Shown here: one piece after another, positions 49,230 through 64,000 of the stretch | Numbering within the stretch: position 1 is the first letter of the stretch | Layout: the number at the start of each line of letters is the position of its first letter | The notes under the pieces: generated by a model | Database searches by the model: none | Told to the model about the DNA's origin: nothing | What the model saw: the letters and a program-made list of their open reading frames with translations, nothing else | Made by a program: the position numbers and the translations under genes | Source: the human T2T-CHM13v2.0 reference genome, Homo sapiens | DNA length: 64,000 nucleotides | Reading direction: 5' to 3' (one strand) | Assembly (NCBI RefSeq): GCF_009914755.1 | Contig: NC_060943.1

Positions 49230-50336
49230 AAAGTGCAGAGTCCAGCCAGGCTGGCTGTCTCATATCTGTTATCTCAGCAATTTGGGAGGCTGAAATGGGA
49301 GGCTGAAATGGGAAGATCACTTGAGGCCAGGAGCTCAAAGCTATAGTGAGCTTTGACTATACCACCGTACTCCTGCCTGGACAAAATAGCAAGATCCCAT
49401 AGCCACATAATAAAAAATGAAAGACTTAGCCAGATATGGTGACACATGCCTGTCATCCTAGCTCCTTGGGAGGGTAATGTGTGGATCACTTGAGACCAGG
49501 AGTTCGAGGCTGCTATAAACTAGAATTGTACCATTGCACTCCAGACTGGGCCATAGAGCAAAACCCTGTCTCTAAAAACAAAAAAAAAAAAAGAAAAAAA
49601 GAAAATTGGCTTCAAATGCATTACAAAATCAGAAACAAAATATCTCCCTTTATTGGTCTCCTTTCCAGAATGCACAAGATATCAGTGCACATTAATGTAT
49701 GGCTTTCATATGTAGTTTCTGGGATCCAGTCCACAAAGAGCTAAACGTGCATCCAAATGTGGTGCCTGAACAATCCCAGCTGCCCCGCAGCACTGACACC
49801 ATGGGGCCCATACCCCATCTCCATCCATGTCTGGTGTGAGCCCTTCCCAAGACCATGCCCAGTGCAGCCTCTATGGAAATTCACGTCACTGAGTTATAGA
49901 AGAAGGATTTTTTTTTTTTTTTGAGATGGAGTCTTGCGGTGTCTGCTCACTGCAAGTTCCGCCTCCCAGGTTCATGCCATTTTTCTGCCTCAGCCTCCCG
50001 AGTAGCTGGGACTACAGGCACCCGCCACCACGCCTGGCTAATTTTTTTGTATTTTTAGTAGAGACAGGGTTTCACCATGTTAGCCAGGATGGTCTCGATC
50101 TCCTGACCTCATGATCCACCCGCCTCAGCCTCCCAAAGTGCTGGGATAACAGGCGTGAGCCACCGCGCCCGGCCTAGAAGATGGAATTTAAGCGAAGATG
50201 AGAGGGAATGACAGAAGGCATGGGTGAGTGCGAGCAAACGTGTCACGCAGGACGCTTCAGACTCAGAAAAGACTGGCTACTGTAATACCTGGCTTTTCAG
50301 AAAGAAAGGAGACAGGATAATCCACAAGGAATATCA
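49230..50336 (-). pseudogene. Module D: exon-2 flanking intron copy, truncated a few nt before the exon donor; carries an AluY (~49907-50174)
   Basis: Colinear with 10360-10795 up to ...aggaatat, then switches to unrelated intron-3-type sequence. Confidence 0.75.
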
Positions 50337-51149
50337 AGTATATCCATGCAAAACAGGCACTTTGTGATTTTTTTTAATTTTCTGTATTTTTATTTTTTTG
50401 AGACAAAGTCTTGCTCTGTCACCCAGGCTGGAGTAAAATGGCGCGATCTCACCTAAATGCAACCTCCGCCTCCTGAGTTCCAGCAATTCTCCTGCCTCAG
50501 CCTCCTGAGTAGCTGGGATTACAGGCATGCTCCACCATGCATGGCTAATTGTTGCATTTTTAGTAGAGATAAGGTTTCACCATGTAGGCCAGGCTGGTCT
50601 CGAACTCCTGACCTCAAGTGATCCACCCACCTCAACCCCCCAAAGTCCTAGGATTACAGGCATGAGGCACTGCACCCGGTGGCACTTTGTGACATTAACA
50701 AGTGAAGTGCCATTTGAACCCGGGAGGCAGAAGTTGCGCTGAGCCGAGATCATGCAATTGCACTCCAGCCTGGGTAACAGGGGGAGACTTTCTCTCAAAA
50801 AAGAAAAGAAGAAATGACTAACAGTGTCAGAGGGCTCAATTACGATGTTACAACTACAGTTAAATAACAGCCAGGCCATACAGCAATTCTATATATACGC
50901 ATTTCCCTTAGTTATCTAGTTCACCATGCATAAGATATAAAACATAGAATGTGTACTGGGAAAATTGATAAACTGGGATCAGAGAAAACACTGTATAAAA
51001 CAAATTGTACAACAAAAACATTAAAAAAATGATGCAGGCTCCCTGGTCTGAATGTTTGTATTGGCCAAAAGCCATGTTCAGAGTTCTTATTCTCCAATAG
51101 GATGTTCCTGCAGATGCGGCCTTTCAGATAATTTGATCATGGGTGTTGA

Positions 51150-51374
<225 letters not shown>

Positions 51375-51499
51375 TAGTAGAGATGGGGTTTCACCATGCC
51401 AGCCAGGATGGTCTTCATCTCCTGACCTTGTGATCCACCCGCCTCGGCCTCCCAAAGTGCTGGGATCACAGGCGTGAGCCACCTCACTCAGCCTTATTT

Positions 51500-51667
51500 T
51501 TCTTTTTTTCTTATTTTATTTTATTTTACTTTAAGTTTTAGGGTACATGTGCACATTGTGCAGGTTAGTTACATATGTATACATGTGCCATGCTGGTGCG
51601 CTGCACCCACTAACTCGTCATCTAGCATTAGGTATCTCTCCCAATGCTATCCCTCCCCCCTCCCCCC
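51500..51667 (-). mobile_element. Short 5'-truncated young L1 3' end (L1PA2-like, non-Ta)
   Basis: taagttttagggtacatgtgcacattgtgcagg...ctcgtcatctagcattagg; GAG rather than ACA at the Ta diagnostic site. Confidence 0.85.
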
Positions 51668-51688
51668 TATTTTTTTCTTTATTTTTGA

Positions 51689-52138
<450 letters not shown>

Positions 52139-53522
52139 TGACGGAGACAGGAAAAGGAGCATGTCATCATCAACATCGCTGAAGGCTGACAACTCTTATT
52201 ACACAAAGGCAGTTTACAGCCTGTCATATAAAAGCTGCAATGTGTGAAGCCATCTAACAGCACTAACTTGTTTAAAAACCTGGAGGCAGCTGGGAACGGT
52301 GGCTCATGCTTGTAATCCCAACACTTTGGAAGACCTAGGCAGGTGGATCACCTGAAGTTGGGAGTTTGAGAGCAGTCTGACTGACATGGAAAAACCCCGT
52401 CTCTACTTCAAATACAAAATTAGCTGGGTGTGGTGGTGCATGCCTGTAATCCCAGCTACTTGGGAGCCTCAGGCAGGAGAATAGCTTGAACCTGTGGGCA
52501 GAGGCTGCAGTGAGCTGAGGTTGCACCACTGCAGTCCAGCGTGGGCAACAAGAGCGAAACTCCATCTCAAAAAACAAACAAACAAAAAATCTGGAGAAAA
52601 ATTAACATTATTTCTCAAATAAGTTCTCAAATAAGTACAGCAGGCCCCCAGTGTTCACGTACATGACCCCAATTTGCACATACAGTAAGTGAGGGACAAA
52701 CTTGATCCTGGGCCTGAAGGATCCCACGACATGTTTCTAAGCACAATAGTCCACCAAGAAAGTACAGAAAACAACCAGTCACAAAAAATACAAGGAGAAC
52801 AGAAAGAAGTACATCAAGGGGGATACAAGGGCTGAGCTGGGACACAAGCGCTGAGCTGCGCTGCTGACAGTGGTTCTGAAGCCATCCCTCATGGATCATG
52901 TGCTGAGTCATGACGCCCTGCACACACTGATTTAGGCAGCCTCCTATAATTTTGTCCAGTGAATGAATAAGGTCTTCACTTACTCAGGGAGAGTAGTGTT
53001 GGAGGGGAGGGGCTCACAGGGAAATTGGGGTGTTCACTTTTACAAAGTCAATAGGCTGGTATTTGCATCCAGATCAATGTATCATGTGAGGCAAGGCCAG
53101 GAAAGGAAGGGCAAGGGTGGAGAGCAGGAAGTAATGGGCATGTAGGAGTGAACTTTGTGCATGCACGTCTGTGGGAATATAATTCCACCAGGATAGACCA
53201 AATCTTGAGCTCGGAGGAAAGTGGAACTAATTTAGCAAATGGTAAAACATTGACCCAAGCTTAAATATGCAAATTACAATACAGGCAAGGGACAAGAATG
53301 AACGAGATCCAAAAAAGCAGCAGTATGGTGACCTGAGGTGAAAGCAGTTTTACGTCTCTTAAATTAAATGGCCTCTGATACCTAGTTTCAAGCATATACT
53401 CAACAATATGCCTTGTATAGATTCCAGAATTTCATACACACACACAAAATGAGTAAAGTCTACGAGGAGTGCAGCAATGAAGGAGACCATGGATGTGAAG
53501 AATTCCCTGGCTGAGTAGGTAG

Positions 53523-54036
<514 letters not shown>

Positions 54037-54748
54037 TGATCTGCCCACCTCGGCCTCCCAAAGTGCTGGGATTACAGGCATGTGCCACTGCTCCCATCCT
54101 AAATTTTGTATTTTTAGTAGATACAGGGTTTCCCCATTTTGGTCAGGCTGGTCTTGAACTCCTGAGCACCCGACTCAGCCTCCCAAAGTGCTGGGATTAC
54201 AGGCATAAGCCACCATGCCCAGCCCCTTCTTACTATTAACTCATTATTGTGATAGTTGACAACAATGAAAAATCTTAAAATCATTACAATTATTATAAAA
54301 AATAAAACAATGCAAATGTTGTGTTTTCTACATAAACCATGGGCTTATCCATCCACGTATTCATGCACACACATCACATCACAGTGTAATCCCAGCTACT
54401 CGAGAGGCTCAGGCAAAAGAATCGCTGTAATCCAGGAAGCGGAGGCTACAGTGAGAAAATATCTCACTACTGCACTCCAGCCTGAGTGACAGATTGAAAC
54501 TGAACTAACAAAAAAATAAGTAAAATCAATGATGTGATAAAGCATCCTGTACCACTGATGTGTATCTTCACTTTCCATTCCTTTCCGAGTCATTAAAACT
54601 GCAGAGACAGGCCGGGCACGGTGGCTCAGGCTTGTAATCCCAGCACTTTGGGAGGCTAAGGTGAAAAAACACAAGGTCAGGAGTTCCTGACCAGCCTGAC
54701 CAATATGGTGAAATCTCATCTCTACTAAGAATACAGAAAAATTAGTCA

Positions 54749-55213
<465 letters not shown>

Positions 55214-55841
55214 TGAGCCACGACTTCCAGCTAATTTTTGTATTTTTATTAGAGATGAGGTTTTACCACATGGGCCAGGCTGGTCTCAAACTCCTGACCT
55301 CAAGTGATCCACCTGCCTTGGCTCCCAAAGTGCTGGGATTACAGGCATAAGCCACCACACCCAGACCAACATCCTGTCTACTAGTGTGCCTTCAAATGCA
55401 TTAAGAAATTGGATACAAAATGTCTCCCCTTATTGGTCTCCTTTTCCAGAATTTACCAGATATCTGTGCACATTAATGTATGTATTTCATATGTAGTTTC
55501 TCTGATCTGGTCCACGAAGAGCTGACATCCAGACATGACCCTTGAACAATCCAGGTTGCCCAGCAGCACTGACACCATGGGGCCCACACCCTGTGTCCAT
55601 CCATGTCTAGGTGTGAGGCCTTCCCAGGACCATGCCCAGTGGAACCTCTTCTCAAGTTCATGTCACTGGGTCACAGGAGATGGAATCTCAGAGCAGGTGA
55701 GAGGAACTGAGGGCAGGCATGGGTGAGTGTGAGTGAACCTGTCAGGCAAAATGCTTCAGACTCAGAAATGACTGGCTACTAAATACCTGGTGTTTCAGAA
55801 AGGAAAGAGACAGATTAATCCAAAGAGGAATATCACTTCAC

Positions 55842-55923
55842 CTGAGGAAGAGCCATGCCTGGCTCCTTTCCTTTCCTCTTCTGAGCTGCTTCCTCATGTA
55901 ACATGAGTCTTTAGAAATCAATC
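55842..55923 (-). other. Orphan start-codon exon E (MLHEEAAQKRKGKEPGMALPQ), intergenic between ZNF468 and ZNF28
   Basis: Acceptor gtacag at 55923, ATG at 55904, 63-nt open CDS, donor CAG|gtgaag at 55842. Confidence 0.82.
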
Positions 55924-56613
55924 CTGTACGTGAAAAAAGTATGAAACTTCACGTAGAAATGACTCACTCCCTTCCTGTGACAAAAACACACAGACAGGGG
56001 AGATGTCACCCTGTAGAAAGATGGTCCTCTGAGGCCCACTGCACCAGAGATCATGCAGAGATAAGAAAGTCCCACCGGAAGACCTACAAGTGTATGTTTG
56101 ACCCCAGTCTTCAGATCTCGCCCCCCTCCTGGAGAAGCCACCACACACGAGGCAGCAGTGGGGAGCTGGGCTGGACTGATCTCCTCTTCAGGGCACACAC
56201 TCATCCCTGATCAAACCCCATCCAGAGGACAACCCCTCACTTCTCTGTGGATCACAGGCTGAGCTCAGCCCCCAGAAATGGAGGACTCAGAGCTTCGATG
56301 CTCAATGCTGCACACAGATGACAAGCAACTGCGCCACTGCAGGTATTACTGAGGGTGGGTTCCATCCCATCAGAATAAGAATCCCTGCTAAAGCAGCACA
56401 AAAGCTCTATTTGCAAAATGCCTCTAGACTCTAATGTGAAGCCAGGGTTGAGCTCCACTCAGAGGGGGTGAGCCCAGCACAGCCCCACATTCTGGCTCTG
56501 CCCTCCCCTTGGGGCCTTGTTCTCACCAGGATCCAGACAGTGGATGACAAAGGCACAAAAATAATCACACAGAACAGGCAACGTGGACGAGAGGTGGGGT
56601 GAATGATGGGCTG

Positions 56614-56990
56614 TGTGAAAGGAAATAAATCTGTGAGCCCCCAAATCATTAAGCAAAAGGCAAAAGTCAAGCTGGGAACTGCTTAGGGAACCAGACTCCC
56701 CTTCTATTCAAAGTCACCCCTCTGCTCCCTGATATAGATGCATGTCTGAGTGCCTCCTTCAAAAGGCTAATCAGAAACTCAAAAGAAGGGCCCAGCACAG
56801 TGGCTCATGCCTGTAATCCCAGCACTGTGGGAGGCTGATGCAGTGAGCTGAGATCATACCACTGCACTCCAGCCTGGGCAACAAAATGAGACTTCATCTC
56901 AAAAAAACAAAACAAAACAAAACAAAAACTTAAAAGATTGCAACCATCTGTGCCTCATTTATCTGTGACCTGGAAGTCACCTCCCTGCTT
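56614..56990 (+). mobile_element. MER4A1-like LTR, third copy, 3'-truncated by deletion
   Basis: Same 5' terminus and same internally deleted Alu as the copy at 14735. Confidence 0.78.
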
Positions 56991-57026
56991 GAACCTGGGA
57001 GAAGGAGGTTGCAGTGAATCGAGATC

Positions 57027-57992
57027 TATAGGGTCCAGCCCTTTGGGGCTTAGTGGGTGTTCTCCCCATGTGCAGAGACAAGAGATTGTAATAAATAAAG
57101 ACAGAAGACAAAGAGATAAAGAGAAAACAGCTGGGCCCGGGGGACCACTACCATCAAGACGTGGAGACCAGCAGTGGCCCCAAATGGCTGGGCGCGCCGA
57201 TATTTATTGCATACAAGACAAGGGGGCAGGGTAAGGAGGGTGAATCTTCTAAGTGATTGATAAGGTGAAGCAAATCATGTGATCACAGGACAGGGGGCCC
57301 TTCCCTCTTAGGTAGCCGAAGCAGAGAGAGAAGGCAGCATACGTCAGCGTTTTCTTCTATGCACTTATAAGAAAGATCAAAGACTTCAAGACTTTCACTA
57401 TTCCTTCTACCGCTATCTACTACGAACTTCAAAGAGGAACCAGGAGTACGGGAGGAGCATGAAAGTGGACAAGGAGCATGACCATTGAAGCACAGCACCA
57501 CAGGGAGGGGTTTAGGCCTCCGGATGACTGCGGGCAGGCCTGGATACTATCCAGCCTTCCACGAGAAGCTGGTGGAGCAGAGTGTTCCCTGACTCCTCCA
57601 AGGAAAGGAGACCCCCTTTCGTGGTCAGCTAAGTAACAGGTGCCTTCCCAGACACTGGCGTTACCGCTTGACCAAGGACCCCTCAAGCGGCCCTTATGCG
57701 GGCGTGACAGAGGCCTCACCTCTTGCCTTCTAGGTCACTTCTCACCATGTCCCTTCAGCACCTGACCCTATACCTGCCGGTTATTCCTAGGTTATATTAG
57801 TAATGCAACAAAGAGTAATATTAAAAGCTAATGATTAATAATGTTTATAATAATGATTGATAATTGTCCATGATCATCTCTATATCTAATTTGTATTATG
57901 ACTATTCTTATTCTAACTATTTTCTCTATTATACTGAAACAGTTTGTGCCTTCAGTCTCTTGCCTCAGCAGCTGGGTGATCCTCCACCCACA
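57027..57992 (-). mobile_element. LTR13A-like HERV-K-family solo LTR (966 bp)
   Basis: Minus strand starts TGTGGGTGGAGGATCACCCAG..GAGGCAAGAGACTGAAGGCACAAAC; AATAAA at 57203-57208; 6-bp TSD gagatc/gagata; absent at the paralogous site ~16185. Confidence 0.85.
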
Positions 57993-60848
57993 GAGATAAA
58001 GCCCTGCACTACAGCCTGGGCGAGAAGAGCCAAACTCCAACACACACACAAAGAAAGAATTTCAGAAGTGATGTATCTTCTCAGTCCTTTCATGTATACA
58101 TGCAAATTTCTCTTTACATTACAAATTACAACACTTACAAATAAAGTAATTTATTTCCCATATTTAAAATACATGCTGTCAAGTTCGGCTAAGTTTCCGG
58201 ACGTACACAGTCACCCTCATCTGAGATGTGCAGACTGCAAGGGAATGTGTTTGGGGGTTTAGGAAGTCACTTTTGGACATGTGAAGGTGGAGATGCCTGT
58301 TTGATGTCCCAGCAGAGAGGTGAGCAGACAACTGCACACAGGATTGTAGAGCTCAGTGGAGAGGCCTGCAGGGGACATGGGTAGGTGGGTTAAAGCTGTG
58401 AGATGAGATAAGGAAAAGCAGTGGGTGTGGACAGAGACAAGAATAGGTTCAAGACAATTTGAGTCAAATCTCTTGTTTTTTCCATTCCGGTATTTTTGTT
58501 TTTTACATTTTTGTAGGACAGGAATCTATTAAAAATTCAAATTACACCTGAGCATCACCCTCTCCTAAAGGAAAAGCCACAAACTATTTGACAAAGTATT
58601 TCAGGGGTCAGTGTCACTCTGACTGAGCTTTTCTGGTCTCATTCCTCACCTGTACATTACTGGTTGAGTCACTGTTGTTTCGAGCAGGAGATACTTCACC
58701 AAAAGTACAAAAAATTAGCCAGGCGTGGTGGTGTGCATCTGTGGTCTCAGCCATTTAAGAACTGACTGGGGTGGATATTTGGGCCTGGGAGGCAGAGGTT
58801 GCGTTAAGCCAAGATCGTGTCACTGCATGCAAGTATGGGTGACCGAGTGACACCCTGTCTCAAAAAAAGAAAGAAAAAAAAACATTCCAGGACAATTTTA
58901 TACACCTGAGCAAATGAAATGTCTCTTTCAATGTCTAAGGTCCTGATGGCATGAATCCTAAACATGTAATTATTTTCCCAGAAAAATGACAGTAGTACAT
59001 TCAAAATACACACAACTGTGAACCCCTAGCTATAGGTGTTTAAAACACTGAAAGAGAAGCAGCATTACAAATGAGATCTGAACAAATGTTTTCTTCTTGA
59101 ACACACGGGCTTTGCTGGAACAAGGTTCCAAGTCAATTCTGCCCATCCTTGAACATCTGCAAAAAATATTATGGACCAGAGGAACTTGAGGGGAACGTTT
59201 ACTTAGCAGCTCACAGCTCACCATTTTATCAGGTGACATAAAGAAAGAAAATGGAATAATAGGCTACTTCAACTAAATTTTGATGTTAGCATAAAGAAAA
59301 AGTTCCTTGATATCTTTATCAAGTACACATTGAAACAAACTAAAATCATTTATCAGGTACCAGAAAATGTTTCCAATGTATGATACAGACTAGAAAGCAT
59401 GCCGTCCTCAATGTAAACTGAACACAATAAATTTCAGAGAAAAACAGTTTTAAAATGGTTAAAAAATATATCTAATGAAATGTGGGGTCATAGAAGAATA
59501 TTTTGAACACATATTATAGTTGCAAAACAATGATGTTACCTCATAAGATTATATCAAAGCTTTTTTGAGAAGCAGTATTTTATTTATTTTATTTTTTTTA
59601 TTTTATTTGAGACAGAGTCTTGCTGTGGCCCAGCTGGACTGCAGTTGTGCGATCTCGGCTCACTGCAACCTCTGCTTCCAAAATGAAAGCCATTCTTCTA
59701 CCAGCCTCCCGAGTAGCTGTGTTACAGGCACTCGCCACACCAAGCTAATTCCTACATTTTAGTCAACATTGTCTTGTCCCAACTTAAAATGACTTATGCA
59801 TTTACAAAACAGTGATTTCTTTGGGGCATCGCCCCCATAACCTTTTCATAAAGCATTAATGATTTCATTGTTCCTCTACCCAAATTTCACCATATTCATT
59901 TTTTGAGACACTGTCTGTCTCTGTCACCCATGCTGGAGTACAGTGGCATGATCACGGCTCCCTACAGCCTCTAACTCCCAGGCTCAAGCCATCCTCCCAC
60001 TGCAGTCTCCACAGAAGCTGAACCAGCAGGCATGTGCCACCATGCCTAGCTAATTTATGTATTTTTTGTAGAGAAGGGGGTTTCAACATTCTGCCCAGGC
60101 TGGTCTTGAATACCGGGGCTCACGTGACCCACCTGTCTCGGCCTCTGAAAGTGCTTGGATTACAGGCCTGAGCCACTGCATCTGCTCTCATCATAAATTT
60201 GATGTTTCTTCTTGTTTCAATTTTAGCAAAATTTACACTGCTTTCTTTTTTCAAACTCATGTCTTCCCCTTCTGAGTGCCTCAAACTAGACCCTGTTCAG
60301 ACATGTTATAACAGATTTGTGCCAGTTTATTTTGGTGCAGAAAATGTGACATCATGTGCAATTTTCACATAATATGTATTTTTTTCATGAACTTCTTGAA
60401 GACCCCTTGTACTAGCGAACTGTATTCAAGAGGATATTAAAAGGATTGTAGATATGCAAGTGCCACTTATTTCTGGGATGCAAGGATGGTTCAACATAGT
60501 CAAGCAAATCAATGTGATATACCACTTGAACACAATGAAAGATGAAAACCACATCATCTCAATACATGGAGAAAAAGCATTTCACAAAAGTCAACATCAA
60601 GTCATCATAGAAATCCCACACAAAATAGATACAGAAGAAAATTTACCTCAGCAATACAAAGACCATCCATGAAATGACCACAGCAGAAATAACCAATCAG
60701 GGAAAACGGAATGCTTTTCCTGTAGGATCTCACATGATGCAAGAATGCTCTCACCCCTTCTATTCAATCAATACTGGCTGTCCTAGCCAGAACAATGAAA
60801 TAGCAAAAGAAATCAAACTCATCCAAATCAGAAAGAAAGAAGTCAAAT

Positions 60849-60942
60849 TTTATTTGTTTGTAGATGACATGACCTTCTGTAAAGAAAATCACAAAGAGTC
60901 AGCCAAAATGCAACTGGAACTAACAAACACATTCAGTTTATT
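60849..60942 (-). terminator. ZNF468: Candidate ZNF468 polyadenylation signals (AATAAA at 60849-60854 and 60937-60942)
   Basis: Hexamers inside an antisense L1 remnant, paralogous to those of ZNF28. Confidence 0.4.
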
Positions 60943-61360
60943 TGCAGAATAGAATAACAGCACCAAAAATTAGTTGAATTTCCATACATTAACAATAAAT
61001 AATTTTAAAAGAAAATTAAAAACCAATTCCATTTGCTAAAGAACTTAAAGTAAGAAATATTTAGGAATAAACATAAAAAGTGAGGTTTGTACCTTGAAAT
61101 CTATAAACATTGATCAAAATGATTAAAAACATGTATAAATAGATATAAATCCCATACTGATTGGAAAAATGAATATCGCTCAATGATTATATACTCAATT
61201 GTGATTTAGATTCGGTACAATACTCATAGAAGTCTCTATAACTTTTTGTTAAAGAAACAAAAAACAGGCCAGGCACAGTGGCTCACTCCTGTAATCTCAG
61301 CACTTTGGGAGGTGGAGTCGGGTGGATCATAAAGTCAGAAGATAGAGACCATTCTGGCTA

Positions 61361-61615
<255 letters not shown>

Positions 61616-61859
61616 TCAAACTCGTGAGCTCCAGTGACCTACCTGTCTTTGCCTCTCAAAGTGCTGGAATTACAGGCATGAGCCATGGCCCCCAGTGCAA
61701 TCCTCTTAACATAAACAGTTTAATGGCAATTAATGCTTGAAATCAATGTTAAATCAACAAACTCAGGTCAAGGCTGATTTGACTCTAATGTCAATTAATG
61801 CTTGATGGTTTGCTATACTCACTGCATTTGAAACAACTGTCTCCAAAAGGAATTGTCTG

Positions 61860-64000
<2,141 letters not shown>

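Overview
Primate DNA, almost certainly human, from a KRAB zinc-finger (KRAB-ZNF) gene cluster. It is very Alu-rich and all genes lie on the minus strand. From the protein sequences, recalled rather than searched, I identify three genes in the 19q13.41 cluster. They are the 5' end of ZNF600 (exon 1/CpG promoter ~9.2 kb, first coding exon 1300-1381), complete ZNF28 (4 exons, 718 aa, 18 fingers of which 3 are degenerate) and the 3' finger exon of ZNF468 (runs off the right edge). The window is built from a ~42-kb tandem segmental duplication. The intergenic DNA consists of decayed ZNF gene skeletons that retain three intact, splice-competent 'MLxEE...MALPQ' start-codon exons with no KRAB or finger exon of their own. 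Two of these sit 1.1-1.35 kb downstream of sense-oriented solo LTRs (LTR7/HERV-H and LTR13A/HERV-K-family). This is the best candidate for an undescribed system: LTR-driven alternative first coding exons feeding the next ZNF gene. ZNF28 intron 2 holds a PABPN1 processed pseudogene with an expanded fossil GCN tract, interrupted by a young SVA carrying a ~460-nt 3' transduction. Other oddities: an AluYb8 and an older AluSp-like element at the identical paralogous site with the same 15-bp TSD; a ZNF 3'UTR fragment inserted into an LTR without poly(A); and a KRAB-B poison exon. Repeat subfamily names come from remembered consensus features and need RepeatMasker confirmation. Many Alus are not listed individually.
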